Source of the DNA: Candidatus Gottesmanbacteria bacterium GW2011_GWC1_43_10
Lineage (GTDB): Bacteria > Patescibacteriota > Microgenomatia > UBA10105
Assembly (NCBI GenBank): GCA_000995415.1
Contig: LCEX01000001.1
Location: forward strand, 60 to 64,059
DNA: 64,000 nt
Direction of reading: 5' to 3'
The position numbers were made by a program, and so were the translations under genes. Each line of letters starts with the position of its first letter. Positions within the stretch are counted from its first letter, which is position 1. The notes beneath the pieces were generated by a model. The model had not been told where the DNA came from, made no database searches, and saw only the letters and a program-made list of their open reading frames with translations. Positions 47,013-55,220 of this stretch are shown in pieces.

Positions 47013-48137
47013 ATGCGCATTTGTTCACCTCAACTTGGTTTATCACCTCAAAGTATTTTAGGTGGAGAAATTTATGATCGGGAAATCTTACACTATTTAG
47101 CAAAGTATGGCATTGAATGTGAAATCATTCTGCCTTTAGGCAAACCACATCCGCAAGTTCCCGGGTGGCGCATAACTAGTTTGCCTGTTCCATTTGTATA
47201 CCCGCCGCATATATTTAACTTTTTGGTATTGCCGCAACTTTTCTCTCTTTTTCGCCAAAGGCCTTTTCAGATTTTAAGAATTCACTCACCTGCATTCTTG
47301 GGGGTTGCGGCCGCGATCTTCAAAAAAGTCTATCCCCAAATTCCAATTGTTGGTACCTATCACTGGTTAGGAGAAGGTGGTTCATTCGAGAATTTTTTGG
47401 ACCCGTATCTGATGCAGGTATTCGACTTAATCATTTGCGACAGTTTTTATACCAAAAATCAAATAGAAAAAAAATTTCAGGTGAACTCCGATAAAATTGC
47501 CGCGATCCATAACGGAGTTGATTCAATACTTAAACCGGCTCCCAAATCAAAAACGTTACTTAAAAAATACAACTTGGATGAAGCAACTACCACTCTACTA
47601 TTTATGGGACTTTTTATAGAACGTAAAAATCCCCAGTTTCTCTTGAGTATCATAAGTCAACTTAGAGATTTGGGGCTAAAAGTAAAATTGCTATTGTGCG
47701 GAAAAGGACCTTTGGAGCCAGATTTGGAACTACAGATCAGGCAGCAAGGCTTAACTGAATATGTACAACTGGTTCCGCCGGTGTTTGGGTTGGCAAAGAA
47801 AGAGTTATTTAATACGGTTGACGTATTTGTTCATCCAGCCAAAAACGAAGGATTTTCGCTCGCGGTAGTTGAGGCCATGGCGTGCGGTTTAACGGTAGTG
47901 ATTTCAGACGGATTTTCGGCTCAAGAGGCAGTAGTTGATGGAAGTAATGGTTTCTTATGCAAAACGCAAAACGATTGGGTAACTAACCTAATTACATTAA
48001 CTAAACAACCTAGATTACGACAAACAATGCGCCAATTCGCTTTGGAAAAAGTCAGGAGCGAATTTTCATGGACGAAAGCAGTGCAAAAACAAGTAAAGTT
48101 GTTCCATGAGTTAATCGCGCAAAAGAAAAAAGAGTGA
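47013..48137 (+). CDS. GT4-family glycosyltransferase
   Basis: KNEGFSLAVVEAMACGLTVVISDGFSAQEAVVDGSNGFL motif. Confidence 0.8.
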   Translation: MRICSPQLGLSPQSILGGEIYDREILHYLAKYGIECEIILPLGKPHPQVPGWRITSLPVPFVYPPHIFNFLVLPQLFSLFRQRPFQILRIHSPAFLGVAAAIFKKVYPQIPIVGTYHWLGEGGSFENFLDPYLMQVFDLIICDSFYTKNQIEKKFQVNSDKIAAIHNGVDSILKPAPKSKTLLKKYNLDEATTTLLFMGLFIERKNPQFLLSIISQLRDLGLKVKLLLCGKGPLEPDLELQIRQQGLTEYVQLVPPVFGLAKKELFNTVDVFVHPAKNEGFSLAVVEAMACGLTVVISDGFSAQEAVVDGSNGFLCKTQNDWVTNLITLTKQPRLRQTMRQFALEKVRSEFSWTKAVQKQVKLFHELIAQKKKE

Positions 48138-49388
48138 AATGAGAGGAGACACAAATTTTTCCAGTAAAACTACTGCCACCAAACCACCAATACCCCACTT
48201 CGGAATAAGTACCAGAAACAACAGGATTTTAACAACAGGCGGGACAATTGATACGAATATTTGAGGTTTTTTTTTCTTTTGATAGATGAGCATATCTGCT
48301 AAGACCCAGGCAATAGGCATAGGTAATAAAACCAAGCTTAGCCATTGAGCATAGTTGACTGCTACTTGATACGAGGATTTATAAAAAAACGAGATCAGCC
48401 AGGGGACGACTAACCATAAGCTTCCAGCTAAAAAAGCTCCCAGCAAGACAAGTTTACTGGCGTGTTTTGCAAGCGTATCCAAGTGTCCCCTAACATTTTG
48501 AGTGACTAATTTACCGGTAATGGGTTTGTAAAATACCATAAAACTTTGTTGGGCTATAATATAAAAACTACTGGCTACCGTAAAAATAGCCAAAGCTCTA
48601 GCGTGCAGAAAAAAGGCAAGAATAATATTTCCCAGATAACCGGAAACCCAAGGCAAAATTTGTACTAAGGTAAGAAAAAAGCCATAGTGAGGAAGCTCGG
48701 GATCCGGTTTCTTGTTTGCTACAAACTTGAGTGAAAACCAAAAACTCACAAAAGACGGAATAATGGTGGCGATTATAAAACCTAAAGTTAAACTCAGGGT
48801 GGCGGGCGATACGAAAATGACAGTGCTAAGTAAAATTAGGAAAAAAATCGAAGAAAGAGAAGAGAGGATTGTTATTGTAGTAAAACGCCTTTTTGCAGTG
48901 AGAAAAAATGAATAGTTGGTGAAAGTATAAAGCAGAGGAAAAGATACAGCAGCCACACTCAAAACTTGCGCCAGGTAGCGATTGCCATGAAGGAAATAAT
49001 ACAGGGCGTATAATAATAGACAAGGAATTCCCAGAAGAGAGAATACAAACTTCAGTTTGGCACTTTGGATAAGTGCGCCATCATAGCCTCGTCCAGCTGC
49101 TTGGGTTAGTGCTGTATTTAAACCCGGTAAACTGAGAAAAGTGAACAGCCCGATGATGGATAGAATCAGGTTATACTCTCCAAAAATAGTCTGGGAGACA
49201 AAGTGTCCCAAAAGGTAAGTCAAGATGATACCGCATACACTACCAATTACTTGTTGAATCAACCCGTAAAGACTATTTGTGGCAAAGTAGGTCAGATCTA
49301 AATTCAATTTGTTACCAATTTTTGAAAATAGATCAATAATTTTGTTAAATTTGGAAGAGTCGTCGGGAAAGATGTTGTTGGATTTCAT
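48111..49388 (-). CDS. Wzx-type oligosaccharide flippase (MOP superfamily polysaccharide biosynthesis protein); ATG at 49388 preferred over ORF start 49478
   Basis: About 12-14 TM helices. N-terminal LTYFATNSLYGLIQQVIGSVCGIILTYLLGHFVSQTIFGEYNLILSIIGLF is typical of Wzx/PST family proteins. The ATG at 49388 overlaps the stop of the upstream RmlD-like gene (ATGA). Confidence 0.7.
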   Translation of the reverse strand: MKSNNIFPDDSSKFNKIIDLFSKIGNKLNLDLTYFATNSLYGLIQQVIGSVCGIILTYLLGHFVSQTIFGEYNLILSIIGLFTFLSLPGLNTALTQAAGRGYDGALIQSAKLKFVFSLLGIPCLLLYALYYFLHGNRYLAQVLSVAAVSFPLLYTFTNYSFFLTAKRRFTTITILSSLSSIFFLILLSTVIFVSPATLSLTLGFIIATIIPSFVSFWFSLKFVANKKPDPELPHYGFFLTLVQILPWVSGYLGNIILAFFLHARALAIFTVASSFYIIAQQSFMVFYKPITGKLVTQNVRGHLDTLAKHASKLVLLGAFLAGSLWLVVPWLISFFYKSSYQVAVNYAQWLSLVLLPMPIAWVLADMLIYQKKKKPQIFVSIVPPVVKILLFLVLIPKWGIGGLVAVVLLEKFVSPLISLFFLLRD

Positions 49389-50263
49389 GTTCGCTCCACT
49401 TTCATAGCTTGTAAACCTTGTTTTAAAGATAGAGGAGAAACTCCCAAAACGCGTTCCATTTTTTGGGTGGCGAAACAAGTATTATGAGCGCGGGGAGTAA
49501 GTTGCGCAAAGTAGTTGCTGGTTACTGGTTTTAACAGTTTTTCGTTACAATGAAAGACGCGTGCTAGTTCGCAGGCAAATTGATAACGACTTAAACATTC
49601 TTTACCGGCGATGTGGAAAATTTGTCCCCAGGCGCCAATCTCGATTGCTTTCCAGACCGCCTGTGCTGCCTGACCAACCCAGAGATGATTATTATAGATA
49701 TCTGTTACAACTGGAGTTGGTAATTTTTTAGAAAATCTATCAAGTATCCAGGTGGCAGGATTATTCCGCTCTCTTGAATCGTTCCACCCATACATAGTAT
49801 TTAAGCGAAAAATGATTGCCTGAGGAAAATAAGTAGATACAATTTTTTCTGCCGCTACTTTTGTTTTGCCATAGTAATTAAGAGGATGCATTTGTGACCG
49901 TTCGTTATAAGGAGGTGATTTGCCATCAAAGACAGCGTTGGTAGAGAAAAAAACGCATTTGGCCCGGATGAGTTTGGCTGCCTGAACAATATTTCGCGTC
50001 CCCTCGACGTTTATTTGTTTTGCTTCTTTTTGATGATTTTCACAGTAATCAATATCTCCCAAAGAACTGGTATGAATCACAATTTGCGGATGAATGTCTT
50101 TAACGACTTTCCTGACCTGTATAGGATTGGTAATATCCAGTTTTATTTTTGCCAGATCCGAGGTCTGCGTGTGATATGTAGCAACTATATCGTAGTTAGA
50201 AGTGGTACTTGAGTAAATTTTTCTTCCCAAGAGACTTGTAGCGCCTATCAATAATATTTTCAT
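49385..50263 (-). CDS. RmlD-like sugar-nucleotide reductase (dTDP-4-dehydrorhamnose reductase family) / NAD-dependent epimerase
   Basis: MKILLIGATSLLGRKI, LDITNPIQV, HTSSLGDIDYCENHQKEA, FFSTNAVFDG..PPYNE, YGKTKVAAE follow the RmlD pattern. 292 aa. Confidence 0.65.
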   Translation of the reverse strand: MKILLIGATSLLGRKIYSSTTSNYDIVATYHTQTSDLAKIKLDITNPIQVRKVVKDIHPQIVIHTSSLGDIDYCENHQKEAKQINVEGTRNIVQAAKLIRAKCVFFSTNAVFDGKSPPYNERSQMHPLNYYGKTKVAAEKIVSTYFPQAIIFRLNTMYGWNDSRERNNPATWILDRFSKKLPTPVVTDIYNNHLWVGQAAQAVWKAIEIGAWGQIFHIAGKECLSRYQFACELARVFHCNEKLLKPVTSNYFAQLTPRAHNTCFATQKMERVLGVSPLSLKQGLQAMKVERT

Positions 50264-50386
50264 ACACTTTTAGTCTATCCACCTTCGCAGAGCACCACGG
50301 TTTTAGCCCTAAGTTAATGCGATAAGGTTATGCTCTGCTGCGGTAGGATGCTTGCCCCAACAGGACGTTTGATTGGTACCACGAGT

Positions 50387-51487
50387 TTACCCGTGGAGCT
50401 CCATTTTTATCTGATCAAAAACTGCTCGCAGCTTCTGGCCATACTTCTCTATCGAATAAGATTCGACAATAATCCGCCGGGCGTTTCTTTCGATTTTACT
50501 ACGTTTGGCCTGATATGTATTCAAAAAATGAATTGCCTTATATACTGCGTATTCATCACTTACAGGGACTTTTAGGCAATGAACTAAGTTTTGGAATTGA
50601 TATTCTTCAACCCCTGGGCTCTCGGTAAAAATGACGGCCTTACCGCAACTCATGGCGCGCATCGCCGTGCTTTGGCCGGCAAAGTGATAGTTAAATTTAG
50701 AAAGAATCAGTAAGTATTTTGCTTCCCAGATGCGTTGTCTTAAGTCTAAATAAGACAGATTATATTCAAAAACGACATTTTTAGGCATGTCATGTTTTAC
50801 GATATAAGGGTAAGTGACGACCCGAAATGTCTCTTGCGGAAAGTTGCGGGCAATCTTGGCGTAGAGTTGCCAGTCCCGTGAGGGGTCAGCCCCAATAATC
50901 AAAATTTCATTATTAGATAGAATCTTTTTCGGAGTAAAGAAGTCCGTGTCAATTCCAAACGGAATAAAAGAAAATTTTGAGAGCGGAAATTTGAGCATCT
51001 TAGCCAGTTTTTTACATTCTTGAAAACTTCCTCCTGCCACAAAATGATCAACAGCGCGCAAAATTTGTTGATAGAAATACAAAATTAACGGATTCTTCAT
51101 TGTTAACAGACCATCATACAGTCCTATTGTATTGAAGACCAAAGGTTTACGAACAAGTTTTAAAAACTTAAGTAAAGCAATTGGTAACCCGTAAGTATCA
51201 ACCGTGGCAAAAATTATATCTGACCGATTTAGGTCTTTTAACAAATAAATTGCTGGAAAAAGTGAAAAGCCAAGAGTTATGAATTTAGTAACAAAGATAT
51301 TTAACAAATGTTGACTGAACAATAAAGTTCTTGATTTAAACACTTTGTCACTAACTTTAACTGCACAATATTTATTTATTTCTGTTAAACCGTAAAAGAT
51401 ATCGCGCGGTGAGTCGTGTTGATAAGCGTTTTCGATTTCTTTTGTAACCGGTCTTCTAAAAACATACAAAATGGAGCGTTTTGACAT
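50387..51487 (-). CDS. putative GT-B-fold glycosyltransferase (divergent GT4-like)
   Basis: The C-terminal region FAGQSTAMRAMSCGKAVIFTESPGVEEY resembles the GT-B nucleotide-sugar binding helix. Otherwise no strong motif. Confidence 0.45.
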   Translation of the reverse strand: MSKRSILYVFRRPVTKEIENAYQHDSPRDIFYGLTEINKYCAVKVSDKVFKSRTLLFSQHLLNIFVTKFITLGFSLFPAIYLLKDLNRSDIIFATVDTYGLPIALLKFLKLVRKPLVFNTIGLYDGLLTMKNPLILYFYQQILRAVDHFVAGGSFQECKKLAKMLKFPLSKFSFIPFGIDTDFFTPKKILSNNEILIIGADPSRDWQLYAKIARNFPQETFRVVTYPYIVKHDMPKNVVFEYNLSYLDLRQRIWEAKYLLILSKFNYHFAGQSTAMRAMSCGKAVIFTESPGVEEYQFQNLVHCLKVPVSDEYAVYKAIHFLNTYQAKRSKIERNARRIIVESYSIEKYGQKLRAVFDQIKMELHG

Positions 51488-51610
51488 ATTAAATTGTTAT
51501 ATCATAATCTTACTAAAAAACGTAGTTGGCTTTTTTAAGCATGTCTGCATTAGGTTTTATCCGGCGAGATCTTTCGGTTCGTGATAAAATAAAATTTAAG
51601 ACGGAAAAAT

Positions 51611-52780
51611 ATGAAAAAGCTCATTCCTTATGCTCGGCAGCAGATTGACGAAACTGATATACAGGCAGTAGTAAGGGTACTAAGATCGGATTTTCTTACC
51701 CAAGGAACTGCTGTTCCCCGCTTCGAAGATGCGGTCAGTCGGTACTGCGGAGTCAAGTACGCAGTGGCATACTCTTCAGGGACAGCTGCCCTTCACGGAG
51801 CTTGTTTTGCTGCCGGGATCAATAAAGACGATGAAGTGATCACGTCTCCTTTGACTTTTGCCGCATCGGCTAATTGTGTTTTATATTGCGGTGGGAAACC
51901 CATACTTGCTGATATTCGCTCTGATTTACCCTTGATTGATGTATCGCAAATTGCCAAAAAAATTACTAAAAAGACCAAAGCTATTATTCCCGTTGATTTT
52001 TCAGGGATTCCGGCTGACTATGACGACATAAATCAATTAGCTAGGAAGCATGGACTGATAGTCATTGCCGACAGTGCTCATTCACTAGGAGCTACCTACA
52101 AAGGAAAAAAAGTCGGAACACTGGCTGATATGACAGTATTTTCATTTCATCCGGTTAAACTTATTACGACAGGCGAAGGGGGGATGGTAGTCACGAACGA
52201 TAGAGATTTTTATGAAAAACTGCTACTTTTCAGGACGCATGGGATCACTAAAGATCCGCAAAAATTATTAAATAAAAATGTTGGACCATGGTATTATGAA
52301 ATGCAGGAGTTGGGTTTTAATTACAGATTGACAGATATTCAGGCAGCATTAGGTATTTCCCAGATGGAGAAAATAGAAATATTTATAGAGCGGCGGACAG
52401 AAATAGCCAGAAAATATATCGCGGCTTTCAAAAACGAAAAACACTTCAAAACTCTTAAATTTCTCAAAGACCGGACTTCAGCTTGGCATTTGTTTCCAGT
52501 CCTTTTAACTCCTCGGTTAGTTGATTACAAAAGGCAAATAGTAGAGGATTTACACAAACGAGGTATATTGGTCCAGATCCACTATATTCCTGTTCATTTA
52601 CATCCGTACTACAGAAACACATTTGGATATACAAATAGAAACTACCCGAAAGCGGAAATGTGGTACCACAGTGAGATATCGTTGCCGCTCTTCCCAGCAC
52701 TTACAAAAGAAGAGATAAAATATATTGTGACCACGGTTCTTGAAGAGATGCAAAAATACACTGTAAAATTACAGACTTAA
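51611..52780 (+). CDS. DegT/DnrJ/EryC1/StrS-family PLP-dependent sugar aminotransferase (PseC/ArnB-like)
   Basis: Conserved over the full length of the family. FSFHPVKLITTGEGGMVVTND carries the catalytic Lys region. N-terminal domain DFLTQGTAVPRFEDAVSRYCGVKYAVAYSSGTAAL. Confidence 0.9.
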   Translation: MKKLIPYARQQIDETDIQAVVRVLRSDFLTQGTAVPRFEDAVSRYCGVKYAVAYSSGTAALHGACFAAGINKDDEVITSPLTFAASANCVLYCGGKPILADIRSDLPLIDVSQIAKKITKKTKAIIPVDFSGIPADYDDINQLARKHGLIVIADSAHSLGATYKGKKVGTLADMTVFSFHPVKLITTGEGGMVVTNDRDFYEKLLLFRTHGITKDPQKLLNKNVGPWYYEMQELGFNYRLTDIQAALGISQMEKIEIFIERRTEIARKYIAAFKNEKHFKTLKFLKDRTSAWHLFPVLLTPRLVDYKRQIVEDLHKRGILVQIHYIPVHLHPYYRNTFGYTNRNYPKAEMWYHSEISLPLFPALTKEEIKYIVTTVLEEMQKYTVKLQT

Positions 52781-53821
52781 CAGAAATTTTCGAAACTCCG
52801 CATTAGCTTGAGAATCAGACATTTGTTTGGGAGGAGCTTTCATCAAAAATGAACAAACTTTCCAGGTGTCTTTTTGTTTTCCACGATTAACCAGCAATTT
52901 GGCTATGCGTATCGCATCCACCACAACTCCGGCACCATTGATGCTGATTTCATCTTCAATAACAGAGATAATAGATATAGGAACCCGTCCGAATATTTCC
53001 CCTTCTATTTTGATGTTGACCAACTTGTGCCCGGAAGGTTTACCGGTATAGAAAAATTTTACTGACGGCTCCGCATCTCCTTTTTCCAAAAAGTGTGTTA
53101 ATGCTTCACGTTTTGATTTTTCTTTTGATTTGGCTCGATACAATAAATTGAAGTGATCGGCATTTCCACCACGATTTTCCTGTTCAGATTTTGACACATT
53201 AATCCCGCGCATTTTCAGCAACTCTAATAAAAAACGATTAAGCATAGTTGCACCCAACTGACTTTTGATATCATCCCCTAATAGGACTAGCCCGTTATTT
53301 GTAAACTTCTTTCTCCATTCGGGTATGGTTGCTAGCGGGGTGGGGATACAGTTAATAAAACTGCAGTGTGCTTCAAGCGCCGCTTCTGCATATACATATG
53401 TTGCTTGTTCACCGCCAGATGGGACAAAGTTTACGACAATATCTGCCTTAGATTTTTTGAGAATATTTACAATATCGACCACTGGCGCATTACTTTCATG
53501 TACAAATGATTTTCTCATTTGATCTATGATGCCATCCAGAGTCGGGCCCCGGTGTACTACAGCATCATATTTGAGGGGATCGCATATTTTTAAAGTAACA
53601 TTCGGTTTTGCAGAAATTGCTTCATGAAGTTTTTTATTGACTTTTCGTTCATCCACATCAAAGGCGGCGACGAAGTTGATATCTTGTATCCGGTAGTTTC
53701 CGATTTTAGGATTTATCAGACCTCTGTTCTCTTTTGGATGTTTTGTATAGAATGCAACTCCCTCTACAAGTGCTTTGGTAAAGCTGCCAACACCAATAAT
53801 TGCGACATTGATCTTATTCAC
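52769..53821 (-). CDS. myo-inositol-1-phosphate synthase family (Ino1-like, NAD-dependent) enzyme
   Basis: [22 protein letters not shown] matches [34 protein letters not shown] matches [19 protein letters not shown], and [28 protein letters not shown] matches [28 protein letters not shown], all in the same order as in mycobacterial/archaeal-type MIPS. Confidence 0.75.
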   Translation of the reverse strand: [350 protein letters not shown]

Positions 53822-53879
53822 TAAGTTAAGTTAATCGTTTGATTACACAGGCACCATGTATTCTTGAGTCAATGCGATT

Positions 53880-53888
53880 TGATATAAT
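53880..53888 (+). promoter_or_regulatory. extended -10 promoter element TGATATAAT upstream of the PEP-utilizing gene (with AGGGA RBS at about 53907)
   Basis: TGaTATAAT at 53880-53888, 27 nt upstream of ATG 53916. AAGGGA 5-10 nt upstream of the start. An identical TGATATAAT occurs upstream of 60773. Confidence 0.4.
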
Positions 53889-53915
53889 TGTAGCACAATT
53901 TTGAAAGGGAAATAA

Positions 53916-55220
53916 ATGCACTTAATTAATTATGGTTGCCGGGAGGATGTAGCCGGAAAATTAAGAACAATCAAGTTACTAAAACAAATAAATCAAATCT
54001 TGCCTGGTGAAATCATAGTTCTTAAATTGTCCGGGGATTTATTGATCCCAGTTTTGCAAGCAATTGATAGGGGAGCAGTTGCCTTTATTGCAGATTGCGG
54101 AAAAACAAATCACGGAGTGATCGCTGCCAAAGAACTAGGCTTGCCTTTCTATATCGGTAACCAAAATGATTTGAGAAATGGCTATTATTACTCACTGTTA
54201 GAAAATCAAATTCATCCGGGTAAAATGCCCATAAAAACAAGTAAAAACGCAAACAGAAGATTAGCACCTGCTACTAATAAGAATTTATTTATTAATCTGG
54301 GTTTTCCTAAGCGGGTTTTAAAACACAACCCTCAACTATTTTCTGCAGTTGATGGAGTGGGGTTTGCACGTCTCGAATTTTGCATCGCAGAAATCATCGG
54401 TCGATTGCATCCGGTAGAATACCTGCGACGTTTTGGCGAAGAAAAATTGCTGATAGAAATATACAAAGAGTTTGCAAAGGTGGCTGATAAATTTAGCGGC
54501 AAACGCTTTTGGATCAGAACTGACGATTTCTCCCCTGCACAACTAGTCCAACTTGAAGCCGGAAAAAAATATGAGTCACACATAGGTAATGAACTGGTTA
54601 GTTTTAGAGGCATAAGTCGATCGATACATCCCGACTGGCAAAACTTGGGCAATCTGGAAAAGAAGTTAACCGGAGTAAGCTGGATAGGCATTCAATTTAA
54701 AGCTTTGAACATATTAGCCAGAGATTTTCCCAAAGTAAAATTTGGAGTGTTTGCTCCGATGGTACATGATGTTTCTGAATATAAAGTTTGGCGGAAGATA
54801 GCGGATAAATTTATTAAGCAGCCGATTGATTATGGAGTAATGGTGGAAGTTCCAGCATTGACAGGAAAAGGAATTACGCCGTTTATTAAAAGTAAACTTA
54901 TTGATTTCATGATTTTTGGGACAAACGACTTAACGGCGTTGACTTTGGGTATAGATAGATCTGACAACCGATTAGCATACTTATTTAACGAAGAAAATCC
55001 GGTAGTTCTAAATTCCCTTTATGAAACCATCGCTATTTGTAAAAAGGCAAAAGTACTTACTGCAATTGGTGGAGCAGCAGCTTCAAGGCCAAGTCTGATA
55101 AAAAAATTATTCACAGCCGGGATAGATATTTTTTCGGTGAATCCAGATCGGGAAACTATTAACCAAACTCGGCAATTTATTTATAAATTAGAACGAGGTA
55201 AAAAAAATGCAAAAAATTAA
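53916..55220 (+). CDS. PEP-utilizing enzyme: phosphohistidine mobile domain plus PEP/pyruvate-binding TIM barrel (PEP synthase/PPDK C-terminal half), lacking ATP-grasp domain
   Basis: N-terminal swivel domain ...[31 protein letters not shown], and [21 protein letters not shown] matching the PPDK/PEPS signature [29 protein letters not shown] corresponds to the GLCRTEHMF region. Confidence 0.7.
   Translation: [434 protein letters not shown]

Noticed and set aside
50379-50410. Apparent rho-independent terminator on the + strand (CCACG-agtttacc-CGTGG followed by TTTTTAT)
   Set aside because: It lies inside the 3' end of the minus-strand CDS 50387-51487, and no + strand gene ends upstream of it. 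The overlapping + ORF 50330-50575 (81 aa) has no support. It is most likely a coincidental hairpin within coding sequence.
53916-55220. Reading the PEP-utilizing protein as a PTS Enzyme I or as PEP mutase
   Set aside because: Enzyme I has an additional N-terminal HPr-binding domain and a different order. PEP mutase belongs to the isocitrate-lyase fold and lacks the GTNDLT signature. The FGTNDLT...SRDD-type motif and a mobile domain without an N-terminal ATP-grasp fit a truncated PEPS/PPDK-like protein better.
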